Below are positions 8,602 to 18,173 of a stretch of 64,000 nucleotides of DNA, in pieces. The stretch is from an uncultured virus (IMG/VR IMGVR_UViG_3300050138_000133) (lineage: Duplodnaviria > Heunggongvirae > Uroviricota > Caudoviricetes). Within the stretch, counting starts at the first letter, position 1. Every line of letters starts with the position of its first letter. Below the pieces are notes generated by a model, which was given only the letters and a program-made list of their open reading frames with translations, was not told where the DNA came from and did no database searches. Location of the stretch: IMG/VR virus record IMGVR_UViG_3300050138_000133. The stretch is one strand, 5' to 3'. Position numbers and translations under genes: made by a program.

Positions 8602-9048
8602 TTATGCGATTGCTCTGACGTTGGAATTTTCCGAATAATAGTGGCGCCACGCCTTAAGAACGCGACCCACCCGCTCGTATTCCGGGATCATGGTATTCTG
8701 CACTATCTCGTCGAAATCGGGGTGTGGCGGCGGGACCGGGGCTTGGGCCTGAAGATGCACCCGAAGAACGCGACATGACTCGGCCATGGCGTAAAGTGGA
8801 TCTAAGTCAAACCATTCTCCGGCCATGCGCTTATCTGCGAAGTGTTTATGCAGTAGCGACTCCCAAACCCGCGCTATCCACCTCTCGGGGACGCGAAATT
8901 CCGCCAGCGTTATTACTGGCTTTGGGGATGTGGTTTGGATGGCCTTCTCGCGCTTCGCCAGATTGCCCGTAAACCCGATTTTAACAGGACCAAGAGGCTC
9001 AGCGTCGCGGCCATTGAAGCACATGAGATAAACTTGCCAGCCCATCAC
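8602..9048 (-). CDS. GIY-YIG-like (T5orf172/MUG113) protein
   Basis: VYLM...VKIGFT...R...IQT.SP...E..LH..F...R..GEWF. Confidence 0.85.
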   Translation of the reverse strand: MMGWQVYLMCFNGRDAEPLGPVKIGFTGNLAKREKAIQTTSPKPVITLAEFRVPERWIARVWESLLHKHFADKRMAGEWFDLDPLYAMAESCRVLRVHLQAQAPVPPPHPDFDEIVQNTMIPEYERVGRVLKAWRHYYSENSNVRAIA

Positions 9049-9329
9049 AGCATGCCCATGGCGGCTTGGTATGTCTCCAGGATAGCCTCCTGCTCCGCCC
9101 GCTCGTTGGCGTCCTGCTTGCGCATCCGGACGATCGTTCGCAACGCTTTCACGTCGAATCCATTCCCCTTCGCCTCCGCGTAAATGTCGCGGACGTCGTC
9201 GCTGATCGTTTTGCGCTCTTCCTCCAGCCGTTCGATCCGCTCAATGATCGCCTTGAGTTGATCCTTTGCGAATGATGTTGCCGGCGCTTCCGGCTCGACT
9301 CCGGTGTTGCTTCCGTGTTGGGGGGTCAT
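9045..9329 (-). CDS. gapR: GapR (DUF2312) nucleoid-associated protein homologue
   Basis: [51 protein letters not shown]...YQAAMGML. Confidence 0.92.
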   Translation of the reverse strand: MTPQHGSNTGVEPEAPATSFAKDQLKAIIERIERLEEERKTISDDVRDIYAEAKGNGFDVKALRTIVRMRKQDANERAEQEAILETYQAAMGML

Positions 9330-9508
9330 GGCTTTGCTTGCTCCCATCGTATAAGCGCATTCGTAAGTTCGTCGGCCTTGCGGACCGCCGCCGCAAGTTC
9401 CGCCTTGAGGCGCGATATTTCCTCTTTTGCCTTGCGAAGGTCGTCGTCGTATCGACTGCCTTTGTCTTCGAGTTGTTTTTCGGCGAATGTTTTTCCATAA
9501 AAGATCAT
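9326..9508 (-). CDS. Hypothetical coiled-coil protein
   Basis: ATGA overlaps on both sides. Confidence 0.6.
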   Translation of the reverse strand: MIFYGKTFAEKQLEDKGSRYDDDLRKAKEEISRLKAELAAAVRKADELTNALIRWEQAKP

Positions 9509-9684
9509 GACGCGATCTCCTTCGACTTCCCCGCCAGCACCTTCCCTCGCGCAACTAAATCACGCGCTTCCGATTCATCGATTTGAAATGCAGCCGCAAT
9601 CTCTCGAATATTGAGAGCGGCCGAAAGTGCGAGGGCGAGCCCTGCTTTGTCGTCGCGGTCTTTGTCGGGGTGTTTTAGTTTCAT
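9505..9684 (-). CDS. Small HTH-like protein, 59 aa
   Basis: [13 protein letters not shown]...[24 protein letters not shown]; coupled on both sides. Confidence 0.6.
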   Translation of the reverse strand: MKLKHPDKDRDDKAGLALALSAALNIREIAAAFQIDESEARDLVARGKVLAGKSKEIAS

Positions 9685-9938
9685 GCGATGTTCCGTGTGA
9701 TCTTCTTGAGATCCGCCATTTCGCGGTGAAATCCTTCGTCTACTTTTTCAGTCCAATAGCCGTCATATTTCGCCGCTTGTCCGATGGCCTTAAGCCGTCC
9801 GGCCAGTATCATCGCGCCCTTGTATGAGCCGTCGAATCCGGCGACGAGGTCAACGACGCGGGACGATAGGCCCTCGCGCCGCAGTTTTTCGCCAACGCGC
9901 TTTAGGGCCATTGCATATTCCAGCGCTGCAATACTCAC
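9681..9938 (-). CDS. Hypothetical protein
   Basis: Coupled ORF. Confidence 0.6.
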   Translation of the reverse strand: MSIAALEYAMALKRVGEKLRREGLSSRVVDLVAGFDGSYKGAMILAGRLKAIGQAAKYDGYWTEKVDEGFHREMADLKKITRNIA

Positions 9939-10195
9939 GACGTTTTACCCAAAACTACTTGTTTCCCGTGAAACGGTTTCCGCATCCGTTGCTCTCGCGT
10001 GAGACTTTCCCTCGGAACCTTGACGCGTCCGCGTCCCCATTCTTTCTGATATGCGGTGTTGCAGGCACGGCAGTAGCGCTGCGGTGCCCTGTCATTTGGC
10101 CGGTCGCATTTTGAACAGCGCGGCACGCCGTCAAGCAAACCGCTCTCACGGCGCCGCTCTCGCGTCTTGGCGTGCATCACCGTCATTTGTTTCAT
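9935..10195 (-). CDS. Small Zn-finger protein
   Basis: CSKC...YCRAC; ATG at 10195 overlaps upstream stop. Confidence 0.6.
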   Translation of the reverse strand: MKQMTVMHAKTRERRRESGLLDGVPRCSKCDRPNDRAPQRYCRACNTAYQKEWGRGRVKVPRESLTREQRMRKPFHGKQVVLGKTS

Positions 10196-10515
10196 GAGTA
10201 TTGCTCCGCTGTCCAATTGTCCCAATCGAAGCCGCAGCGGCATTTGGCAAGAAAGGTCGGGCCACCGAGCACGGGCTGATTGATCGGCTCTCGTGTCTCT
10301 TCGCATTTCGGGCAGGTCGGTTCTTGAATTGAAATCACAGTACCGGGCGGGAATAGCTGTGCATCCAGTGTCAGCGGTTCGTGATTAAAATCACCGTCTT
10401 TGTCACCATCAGCGTAGCACCACCAGCGCGGCTCCATCTGGTCGCATTCCTTTCCGCCATACATATCCGGATTCATTTCGGCGCGCATCGTTTCGCGAAG
10501 TACTGGCTTGCTCAT
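10192..10515 (-). CDS. Hypothetical Zn-ribbon phage protein
   Basis: CPKC...CRCGFDW. Confidence 0.7.
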   Translation of the reverse strand: MSKPVLRETMRAEMNPDMYGGKECDQMEPRWWCYADGDKDGDFNHEPLTLDAQLFPPGTVISIQEPTCPKCEETREPINQPVLGGPTFLAKCRCGFDWDNWTAEQYS

Positions 10516-10787
10516 TCGCCCTTATCCTTCAGGTCGACCGCAGCCCGCACGACGTCGATAGTTTCGATGTCTGGAACCGGAGGCGCGAACGACTCCGGCC
10601 CGAGCCGTGGTGAAGTTTGTGCGAGGCGCAGCGCTATCGCAGCGCCATCGACGACCATGTTTGCGAGCTGCGCCCTTGATATTTCGAGGCGGTAGAAATC
10701 CTCGCCCTCAACGCGAAGGTTGAGCAGATAGACGTCGGGCGACGGGCAAGTTAAAAATGCCAAACGGGCCATGCGAGGGACGTTCAT
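10512..10787 (-). CDS. Hypothetical protein
   Basis: Coupled ORF. Confidence 0.65.
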   Translation of the reverse strand: MNVPRMARLAFLTCPSPDVYLLNLRVEGEDFYRLEISRAQLANMVVDGAAIALRLAQTSPRLGPESFAPPVPDIETIDVVRAAVDLKDKGE

Positions 10788-11509
10788 GCGCGCCTCGCAT
10801 ATTCGCCGTAGTATTTTTGTTCGCCAGCCAAGCGGGCGCGGACAGCCTCTTCGAACGAACTAAATGAGCCGAGCCGAATTGTCTCATCATTGACGTATAC
10901 CGAAGCCACCCAACTATTCCGGTGGCGCCGGACGCCGCTTTTGCCAGAAGTGTTGTTTTTACTTAAGCCTTTATTGAAACAGTTTTGCGCGTAGGTGCAG
11001 ACGCGCAAGTTTTCCCGTCGATTGTTCATCGGATCGCCGTCCTTATGATCTACGCACATTTCCATCGGGGCATTCATCAGAACGCGCTGGAGATGGACTT
11101 GCCTCCGCTCTCCGGGCGGAGTTGCGGAGGCGTAATAATGACCCTCAGCCCGTTTCGAAACATACCAAGTTAGCCCCAAAACGAGGGGAAGGTCGGCGAT
11201 GTCTATGATTGCGCAAAACCCCTGCGTAAGAGGAATCCTTGCAATATCTCCGTCAATAAGCGGAACGCGGTCGGCGGGACGGCCTCTCTTCAGCCCTCCC
11301 TCGCGCGGAGTACAAAGAAGCTTCACACCCAGCGCAATTGCCCTTTTTACGACTGAGTAGTTTTGGCAGCCAATTTCGGCGCCTATCTGCGTAGACGACA
11401 ATCCTAGCAGGGCCAGCGCTTTCAATTTCTCCGACCGCTCTAGGGTCCAATTAAACCGAGCCCTTCGGTTCTTTGGATAAGGTCGTTTTGCGGGACGGGG
11501 CGTGTTCAT
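10784..11509 (-). CDS. HNH-AP2 homing-type endonuclease with N-terminal GcrA-like HTH
   Basis: WTLERSEKLK...GLSSTQIGAEIG; VDHKDGDPMNNRRENLR; NTSGKSGV...LGSF...EEAVRAR. Confidence 0.88.
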   Translation of the reverse strand: MNTPRPAKRPYPKNRRARFNWTLERSEKLKALALLGLSSTQIGAEIGCQNYSVVKRAIALGVKLLCTPREGGLKRGRPADRVPLIDGDIARIPLTQGFCAIIDIADLPLVLGLTWYVSKRAEGHYYASATPPGERRQVHLQRVLMNAPMEMCVDHKDGDPMNNRRENLRVCTYAQNCFNKGLSKNNTSGKSGVRRHRNSWVASVYVNDETIRLGSFSSFEEAVRARLAGEQKYYGEYARRA

Positions 11510-11814
11510 AGCGATTTCCCCATAATGTCAACGAGGACGCCAATCGGTCCAGACGGTGTTCCGTCCGAATCGCGCGTGAGCGCGTGGCTGATTGCGGAAA
11601 GAGGAACGCTGTATTGGAGTGCCAGGCTCAGCAACACCGCGGAATCGCGGGCGAGCGTCATGGCCTGTTCGCCAGTTTTTCCGCAATTGATAAACACTTC
11701 GGAGATGGGCGCGTCCGGATCAGCCCGGCCAAAGCCAACGATATAACGGAGTCCCCAGTGCGTGAATCGCACAGTTTCATGGGCGCGACGATTTGGTAAC
11801 GGCTTCCGGTTCAC
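11506..11814 (-). CDS. Stand-alone TSCPD-like domain (class II ribonucleotide reductase C-terminus)
   Basis: RKPLPNRR...EVFINCGK...ARDSAVLLSLALQYSVP; GTG start. Confidence 0.75.
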   Translation of the reverse strand: MNRKPLPNRRAHETVRFTHWGLRYIVGFGRADPDAPISEVFINCGKTGEQAMTLARDSAVLLSLALQYSVPLSAISHALTRDSDGTPSGPIGVLVDIMGKSL

Positions 11815-12236
11815 ACTACGGCCCTCGCTGCAGCTAGGATGACCGCGCGTTCTTCCGACGAAAAGGGCCGATACGAAAGATCGTCCGGCTTCATAAAGTA
11901 GACGGGCTTGCCAGCCACGACGAACGCCTCGATTTCGTGACCGATGCCGTGAGACGATTCCCAACCGGTCATCACCGCGACGATCATCGCATCCGATTTA
12001 TCCATCATAGCCGCGTCGAACGGCAACCAGATCGAATGATCGAGCGGATCGATATTCCCGTGGATCGCCACCGGATGCGTATGTGCAATCGGAGAATATA
12101 CCGAGAGACCTTCGCGCAATAGCCGCGCCGTGATCCTGCAGGCGTCGACAAACGCCGCGTCGATGCCGCCTGGGTAGCGGCTATACGGTGTGCCGATATA
12201 GATCAGATCGAACTTTTTCAGATCATCGAGATTCAT
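11811..12236 (-). CDS. DUF1937 / nucleoside 2-deoxyribosyltransferase-like protein
   Basis: IYIGTPYS...VYSPIAHTHP...W...D...GWESSHGIGHEI. Confidence 0.85.
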   Translation of the reverse strand: MNLDDLKKFDLIYIGTPYSRYPGGIDAAFVDACRITARLLREGLSVYSPIAHTHPVAIHGNIDPLDHSIWLPFDAAMMDKSDAMIVAVMTGWESSHGIGHEIEAFVVAGKPVYFMKPDDLSYRPFSSEERAVILAAARAVV

Positions 12237-12375
12237 TTCAAATTCTCCAAATACTCCTGACCGGCCTCAGTCAGATACATCTGTAAATCCAGACCAATCT
12301 CCGCAAAGCCAACAGCCAGCGCGGTCACTGACGGACTCCACGGGCTGGTCTCAAATAGGAATTGGGCTATCGATC

Positions 12376-12975
12376 TCATTCTGCGGCCTCCGCGAACTTG
12401 TCGGTCTGGTTGCCCCATACGTCCCAGCCCTTGCGGGGAGCGCGGGCGAATAGTTCGAGATAGGGACCGGCGACGAGGCGCTCTATGCCTTCATGCACGC
12501 CATCAGGCTTGCGGGAGTGTTCGCGCGCTGGAGCAACAATTGCTTGCCTAACCCCAGCACTAACCCGCTTTGGCTTACCTCTGGTCGCCAATAGACAAAC
12601 CTCGCTGTTGCTCCGAGTCCAATAGCCAAGTTTCATTTCTGTTTTAATCTCTTCTTGAAAAAAATTAGGCTGTGTATTGTTTGCCTTTATCCATGCAAAT
12701 CCGCATGTCTTATAAACAAAGCCCCATTGCTCTATGCAGTTGATGCAATCAAGAAGCATCGGCCATGTCACCCAACAAAGCAGCACGCAATCAGGCGCGG
12801 CAAGGCTGGCGACTGGCAGCGCGGCTATTTCATCCATCGTCATAAATTTATAAGGCTGCTCTTTCGTCCGGGCCGGAACGGCCAATCCGCTCCATTTAGG
12901 AAACGCCCACGGCGGATCAGCTAGGATCGCCCCGTAATGCCCGCGCGGGAGATCGGCGAAGATATCAGCGTTCAT
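12376..12975 (-). CDS. MT-A70 family adenine methyltransferase
   Basis: ILADPPW, WGFVYKT, GYWTRSNSEVCLLATRG, REHSRKPD, LELFAR, GWDVWGNQ. Confidence 0.95.
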   Translation of the reverse strand: MNADIFADLPRGHYGAILADPPWAFPKWSGLAVPARTKEQPYKFMTMDEIAALPVASLAAPDCVLLCWVTWPMLLDCINCIEQWGFVYKTCGFAWIKANNTQPNFFQEEIKTEMKLGYWTRSNSEVCLLATRGKPKRVSAGVRQAIVAPAREHSRKPDGVHEGIERLVAGPYLELFARAPRKGWDVWGNQTDKFAEAAE

Positions 12976-13331
12976 GCGGACCTCGGAGCGTTTACGAATT
13001 CAAGTAAAAAAGCGGCGTGACATTCAGCAGATGCTGGGCACCAGCACGCAAGGTTCTTTCCTCTCAGCGTCTCCCGCTGCGCTTCGGCGTGGCGAAGGAA
13101 TTCCATCTGCGCATCTGCCGTTGCCTTGGTGGTTAGTGCTATGTAACCGCCGAGAAGTTTCCTGAAGAGGTCGACGCATTCCGCGCGCGTGCCGTCTTCG
13201 CCGACGACGAATGGATTGCCCCACGGGCCTGGCCGCGCGACGGGGACGGCGTAAAGGCCGTTTAGCGATTTCGATGCCTCTTGCAGGCTGAAGCCCTTGG
13301 CGCGGGAAAGTTGGATGCGTTGCGGATTCAT
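12972..13331 (-). CDS. DUF4326 protein
   Basis: PQRIQLSR...VARPGPWGNPF...LRGKNLACWC...CHA..L. Confidence 0.9.
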   Translation of the reverse strand: MNPQRIQLSRAKGFSLQEASKSLNGLYAVPVARPGPWGNPFVVGEDGTRAECVDLFRKLLGGYIALTTKATADAQMEFLRHAEAQRETLRGKNLACWCPASAECHAAFLLEFVNAPRSA

Positions 13332-13464
13332 GCGGACACCTTATCAGTCCAGAAAAGCAGCTCCGCCGCGCATGCGCCGCCGAACCAGCCCCAAAAGAAA
13401 TTGTCGCTTACCGACCGAAAGATCGCGCACAGCCCGCATACCGCCAAGAATTCTGCAACGACCG

Positions 13465-13758
13465 TCATACCGACACCTCAAATAAATCAGGCGTGTTTTC
13501 GCAGCGCATCGGTTTTGACGGCTCAGTGGTGAAAGCCGTGCAGCGCGGGTTGCTGCCGTCGTCGTTTTCAATCCACGCCTTGGGGAATTCAGGATCGCGA
13601 ATATCGTATGCGAGCGCGTTGGCGAGTATCTGGCAACCGAGCGCCGGATCTACATCCGGACCCGAACGGAATTCAGCGTCACGCGCGCAACCCTCGCACC
13701 AATAATGATCGAAGATATCGCCTTCGCTTCCGTTGCTCGGACGGTATGACTTGCTCAT
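13465..13758 (-). CDS. Conserved Cys-rich phage protein
   Basis: YRPSNGSEG..F...WCEGC...CQI...PRCTAF. Confidence 0.75.
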   Translation of the reverse strand: MSKSYRPSNGSEGDIFDHYWCEGCARDAEFRSGPDVDPALGCQILANALAYDIRDPEFPKAWIENDDGSNPRCTAFTTEPSKPMRCENTPDLFEVSV

Positions 13759-14108
13759 GCGGCCCTCCCGTGGAATAGGCCGCTGCGATAGACCGGATAA
13801 TTGTGCTTGTGCTTGCCGGCGTCGCTGACGCACGGGCGGATCGTTCCGGTTCGGACAATATCGCCATTCTTGATCGCGCGAAGCCAGATCGCGCCCATAC
13901 AATTCGGATGAGAGGGCTTCACCTTCAAATAACGGATGAGGTCGTCTATATGCACTTCACATTGTCGCCGCGCAACATGGCAGATCGCGGCATAAGCCGT
14001 TTCCGCGAAATCTGGATTGACCAGCGTCTCGGCGAATTCAGCTTCAACCATGCCGATGTCGCGATTGTGCGCAGCCCAATCGAATAACGTGGATGAGGAA
14101 TTCAGCAT
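13755..14108 (-). CDS. Hypothetical winged-helix-like phage protein
   Basis: HPNCMGAIWLRAIKNGDI motif seen in phage proteins. Confidence 0.7.
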   Translation of the reverse strand: MLNSSSTLFDWAAHNRDIGMVEAEFAETLVNPDFAETAYAAICHVARRQCEVHIDDLIRYLKVKPSHPNCMGAIWLRAIKNGDIVRTGTIRPCVSDAGKHKHNYPVYRSGLFHGRAA

Positions 14109-14503
14109 GCCGACATCTCCGCTGTATTCCGCACGGCCTGCGCAAACATCTCGCGTAACGCGTTCTTTGACATTTCCGGAATGCGCGGGAGTTGGTTGCG
14201 ATAGATCGGCGCCGTTCTGCTCGTGCCAAACGCTACGGTTATGTTAATGGATGGCGTCTTGCCCGCGCGGCGTCTATCCTGTTTCCGTTTCTCGCGTGCC
14301 CTGTCATTGACGCGCATCGCGGCCAGTTCGGCGGCGGTATGCATCACAACGTCAATATTTCGGCGAGTACAGCATGTCAGGACGCTTTGCTTAGATGTCC
14401 CGATAATCGCGCCGATTTCGGACGCGGTTAATCCGCTGACCGCGAGGCTGCACAATTGAGTGCGCCTTTCGTCCGTCCAGAAATTCCGACTGCTATTGTT
14501 CAT
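14102..14503 (-). CDS. GcrA-like N-terminal HTH protein
   Basis: WTDERRTQL...GLTASEIGAIIGTSKQSV. Confidence 0.7.
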   Translation of the reverse strand: MNNSSRNFWTDERRTQLCSLAVSGLTASEIGAIIGTSKQSVLTCCTRRNIDVVMHTAAELAAMRVNDRAREKRKQDRRRAGKTPSINITVAFGTSRTAPIYRNQLPRIPEMSKNALREMFAQAVRNTAEMSAC

Positions 14504-14850
14504 GCCGCGCATCCGAGTTCGGTTCTGATAGAGGCGAGCAATTGCCTCGTGCCGCCGTCTTCCCGTGCAAGCCGTTCGATTTTTCGAATGCCTGATAAAA
14601 CGGTCGTATGATCGCGATCCCCGAACGCGCGCCCGATGGCGGGATAGGATTTAAGCGTGAGGTGGCGAGCGAGATACATCGCGACGTGGCGCGGCATGAT
14701 CACCTCACCGGGCCGCCGGTCGGAGTTGATGTCGTTCACCGTGATGCCAGCAAACCGTCCGCAAACCGCGCTTTGGATATCGCGAATCGTTGGCGCGGGC
14801 TTCGACTCCGCATCCATTTCGCAAACGATATGGAACCACGGGGCCTTCAT
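14500..14850 (-). CDS. Stand-alone DnaA C-terminal (domain IV) DNA-binding protein
   Basis: PRHVAMYLARHLTLKSYPAIGRAFGDRDHTTVLSGIRKI; no AAA+ domain. Confidence 0.92.
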   Translation of the reverse strand: MKAPWFHIVCEMDAESKPAPTIRDIQSAVCGRFAGITVNDINSDRRPGEVIMPRHVAMYLARHLTLKSYPAIGRAFGDRDHTTVLSGIRKIERLAREDGGTRQLLASIRTELGCAA

Positions 14851-15440
14851 GCCGCGATTCCCTTGGTCGCAGCGCGTTCGGATCCGGTGCCGGGTCCGCT
14901 CGTAAGATCGTGATGGCCACCACAATAAGGCGACTTAACATCAACGCCAGCACGTCCATATGTGAAACGCGGATGGCCACAAAAACGATATTCAGATGGA
15001 TGGCCCACGCCATATATATATTTACAATCGCCCGCCTGTAATTCGGCGAACGTCACGAGGCGAGGCACGATATCCACGCTGCGGAGTTCTGCGATCTCCG
15101 CGGACATGGTGGATTGGATGACGCGAGTGCCGCCGTTGCCGCCATTGGCGATCTTGTAGATCGCGTGGTGGTCGCCCTGGCGCTTGCGATCGCGTGACGC
15201 TCTCGGTGCCTTGGCCTTCTTTTCGGGCTTCGGTTGTTTTTTGAATGACGGTTCACTGAGTCCGAGGCGGTGAATTTTCCCGATCACGGCGTTGCGTGTA
15301 AGTCCATCTCCCAAGGAGCCAGCAATCTGCGTCGCCGAAAGTCCACGATGCCATAGACGTTCAAGTTCGGCCGAACGTTCTGGGGGCCAAGGCATGTTAT
15401 TGCGAACGCGTTCGATCGTAACTGTTTCTGTTTCAGACAT
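14847..15440 (-). CDS. gcrA: GcrA cell-cycle regulator homologue
   Basis: W..ER...L..LW..GLSATQIA..LG..TRNAVIGKIHRLGL and C-terminal CKY..G...FCG...PYC..H. Confidence 0.92.
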   Translation of the reverse strand: MSETETVTIERVRNNMPWPPERSAELERLWHRGLSATQIAGSLGDGLTRNAVIGKIHRLGLSEPSFKKQPKPEKKAKAPRASRDRKRQGDHHAIYKIANGGNGGTRVIQSTMSAEIAELRSVDIVPRLVTFAELQAGDCKYIYGVGHPSEYRFCGHPRFTYGRAGVDVKSPYCGGHHDLTSGPGTGSERAATKGIAA

Positions 15441-15605
15441 TGCGATCCTTGATGTTGAGAGAAACGAGACGCGGTCGGGAACAAAAACTATGCAGAGGTC
15501 GTCGACCATGAACGCAGAACACACCACTTCCAAAACGGAAACGCTGGCCGACTTTCTGAAAACCGATTCCTCTGCTAACCGATCGAAAGGTCCGTCCTGG
15601 TGAAC

Positions 15606-15791
15606 TTATGTGACAGCCGCTCGGATCGCGTCCCATGCCTTCTTTTTGCGATACCAAGGATGGCGCATCAGCGATTTCTCGCGATCGGATTCATCTTTGA
15701 ACGTGAACGCGACGAATGCTGCGCGAGGATTCGGATAAGGACCGCGCTTTGGCTTATTGGCGTGGACACATTTTTTTCTCATCGCGGTCAT
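15606..15791 (-). CDS. Hypothetical basic protein
   Basis: Coupled to upstream ORF. Confidence 0.45.
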   Translation of the reverse strand: MTAMRKKCVHANKPKRGPYPNPRAAFVAFTFKDESDREKSLMRHPWYRKKKAWDAIRAAVT

Positions 15792-16267
15792 TGGTTCATT
15801 TTACCTTGCGCCGCAGGCGTTTCTGCAACAGCGTGTTCCACCATTTGAACAATCGGCGAAACAACAGCATTGTCGGATAATTCCTTCTTCACTTCGAGGA
15901 TTCCAGTATCCATATCCCGAAGAGCGCGAGCTGCCCGAAGCAACGCAAGCACGTCATCCCTATTACGATCCTTGTTGCTTTCATTCAGTACTCCTGCCGC
16001 CATCTCGAATTTCGTCGCGAGTGCCCGCGCCTCATTCCGTTCCCTCTCGGCTGCGCTTAGAACGCCTAATGCGACGCTGACTTTCGGGTCGTTACACCGG
16101 CCATAAAAAAGCGATTCGATCTGCTGGTAGGTAACGCCGGATTTATGCGCGGCACGCGCCAGCCAATTTTTTCTGCTTCCTTGATAGAGACCAGCCGCCG
16201 CGCCGATCTCATTTTTCCAGTTGATCAAGTCGAACATTTTATTTTTTCTGTCCAACATTTGTGACAT
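15788..16267 (-). CDS. CII-like HTH regulator (copy 2)
   Basis: SRKNWLARAAHKSGVTYQQIESLFYG then coiled coil; position upstream of replication genes. Confidence 0.6.
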   Translation of the reverse strand: MSQMLDRKNKMFDLINWKNEIGAAAGLYQGSRKNWLARAAHKSGVTYQQIESLFYGRCNDPKVSVALGVLSAAERERNEARALATKFEMAAGVLNESNKDRNRDDVLALLRAARALRDMDTGILEVKKELSDNAVVSPIVQMVEHAVAETPAAQGKMNQ

Positions 16268-16680
16268 TTTTCAATTCCCCATCGGCATGACACCATCATG
16301 TCCATGAACGACAACGACAATGATCCTTTTACTGATCCTGGTGGTTCTTCGGCGACGGGCTCGCGGAAGAAAAAAGTCCGGGTATGGGTGGCATTAAACG
16401 ATCCAATCGATGACACCTTCGAAGGTGACTATATTTCTCAACTCTTGCGGGAGGCGGTTATATGGACCCGACGCGCCAACGAAGCCTGATAATGTCTCTG
16501 ATAAGTTCTTGGCATCCGCCCTAGGTGCACCGGGAACCACATGTCCCTGCGATTTTTCGAAAGGAAGCGATGCTATGTTATTGTTGATGGTCATGCTGGT
16601 GCTCTGCGCTGTCGTTGTACAGTTAGTGTGGTGCGATTAGGCGCGTGAATCGTGATCGCGTTCATTTCAGCGCTCCTATC

Positions 16681-17028
16681 TCAGGGGCGATTTTTGTTGC
16701 CCAATCTGCAAACAACATCGAGATGGCGAGCAATTTCTTGGCTATGAAAAGCCTCATCAATGACCCGGAGACGTTCAATAACGATTTTCTGGCGCTCCAT
16801 GAGCTTCTGAAGTTCACGTTGGGTCTCGATGATTTCAACGGCGTTTCGGATTTCAATTGCAGCCCAATGTTTGTCATCGATTTCCCCGTACCAAAGCCCT
16901 TTGACAATTCTTAACGAAAGGCCCGGGACTTTCTCCGGCACTCTCGCAAGCCATGATTCCCGGGTGTCTCCCCAGCCTCTTGGGCCGGCTAACATTGCGA
17001 TCTCTCGCTTCATCGGATTCAACTCCAC
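16681..17028 (-). CDS. CII-like HTH regulator (copy 1)
   Basis: TRESWLARV...LSLRIVKGLWYGEI then coiled coil, same architecture as 15788-16267. Confidence 0.6.
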   Translation of the reverse strand: MELNPMKREIAMLAGPRGWGDTRESWLARVPEKVPGLSLRIVKGLWYGEIDDKHWAAIEIRNAVEIIETQRELQKLMERQKIVIERLRVIDEAFHSQEIARHLDVVCRLGNKNRP

Positions 17029-17100
17029 TCAACAACGCCCCGTTACTTTTCGTTTTTATTTATTCGCGGAAACCATTTCCGGCCGCGATTTGATTTTAGC

Positions 17101-17129
17101 TTGTATAACTCCCATCACAGGATTAGTCT
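17101..17129 (+). promoter_or_regulatory. Sigma70-type promoter for the rightward early operon
   Basis: TTGTAT-17 bp-TAGTCT, followed by GGAG RBS and ATG at 17155. Confidence 0.55.
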
Positions 17130-17154
17130 ACCCCTATCTTGGGGGAGATGGAAG

Positions 17155-17337
17155 ATGACGACCCGCAAAAGCACCCAAAAATTCTACGTCTACCACATCG
17201 AAGCTGACCTCATTGTTTTGTCCGGCGCGTCCAAGACCGAGGCGACCACGTTCGCTCGCCACATGGACGAGGGCCGCAAGGGCAAGCCCCGCTTCGCGGT
17301 TGCGCCGGTCGCAACTCGCATTGCGGAGTCCGCGTGA
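17155..17337 (+). CDS. Hypothetical protein, first gene of rightward operon
   Basis: RBS plus ATG, 60 aa. Confidence 0.65.
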   Translation: MTTRKSTQKFYVYHIEADLIVLSGASKTEATTFARHMDEGRKGKPRFAVAPVATRIAESA

Positions 17338-17473
17338 TGTCCAACGCACAATTCTACGGCTTCACGATCCTCATCTCATTGCTCGCCGCACCGTATGTCG
17401 CGGTTTTAAGCTTTCTCGTCCAGTGGCCCGCATTCGGAAACTGATCGCCTAACAGCACGAAGGGAAATGACAG

Positions 17474-17683
17474 ATGGATCACCGAACTGAAACCACATCT
17501 ATGCCGGTCGTTCTTACCGTAGATGATCCGCACTATTCGGTGGCTGAAATCGTCGCCTGCATGCGCGTCTCTGCAACGATGTTGAAAATGGCAGACGGCG
17601 ACCGGCCCGCGTCGCAAAAATATAATCGCGGGCAAGCCGCGCTTTTGACCGCCGCCGCAAACGATCTGGAAGCGCAGCAATGA
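17474..17683 (+). CDS. Hypothetical protein
   Basis: Coupled to next ORF. Confidence 0.6.
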   Translation: MDHRTETTSMPVVLTVDDPHYSVAEIVACMRVSATMLKMADGDRPASQKYNRGQAALLTAAANDLEAQQ

Positions 17684-17883
17684 TCGTTCAACAAGCCTTA
17701 GAGCAAGTGATTGCCCCCGTCATGGACGCTCTGGAAAAGACCGAACGCGATCTGATGTTGCGTGATTTGCGGATCATGCGTTTGCGGATGGCTTTGGAAT
17801 TTATCCGCGACCACGACGCTCATCCGCAGAGGACGCGGATTTATGCAGAGAGCGCTTTAGAAGCCGATGAGGTGATGTCTTGA
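17680..17883 (+). CDS. Hypothetical protein
   Basis: Coupled; ends EVMS*. Confidence 0.65.
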   Translation: MIVQQALEQVIAPVMDALEKTERDLMLRDLRIMRLRMALEFIRDHDAHPQRTRIYAESALEADEVMS

Positions 17884-18173
17884 TAGCAATAGCACACACA
17901 GCGGGGCCATGGATCGTCGCGCGACGCGACGCCGATATAGGCGGTTTTACGATTGAGATTGGTCCCGGAAAATTGCCGGTAGCGATCGTGCCGAATAACC
18001 GACGTGGCGAACCGGAGGCTGGAGCGAATGCAGCTCTGATTGGAGCTGCACCGGATATGCTCGACGCATTAAGGCTCATCGCGAATGCAATATGCGCCTC
18101 AGCGCGCGAGATCAATTCTTTCGACATGAAATATGTTCTGGACGCAATTGCAAAAGCGGAGGTGATGTCTTGA
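17880..18173 (+). CDS. Conserved phage protein (HTxGPW...ANAxLIxAAPD family)
   Basis: HTAGPW and ANAALIGAAPDMLDAL motifs; ends EVMS*. Confidence 0.8.
   Translation: MIAIAHTAGPWIVARRDADIGGFTIEIGPGKLPVAIVPNNRRGEPEAGANAALIGAAPDMLDALRLIANAICASAREINSFDMKYVLDAIAKAEVMS

Noticed and set aside
12971..14856. 11-bp junction repeats TTCATGCGGAC (12971/13327) and TTCATGCCGCG (14499/14846)
   Set aside because: Largely explained by the common GCATGA stop/start overlap; too short to count as independent evidence
9045..15440. Host chromosomal DNA suggested by gcrA, dnaA, gapR and nrdJ-like hits
   Set aside because: Genes are fragments or divergent copies, translationally coupled among phage genes
16225..16640. 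Short overlapping ORFs between the two CII-like genes as possible cro/cI
   Set aside because: No HTH pattern; the real frame cannot be determined
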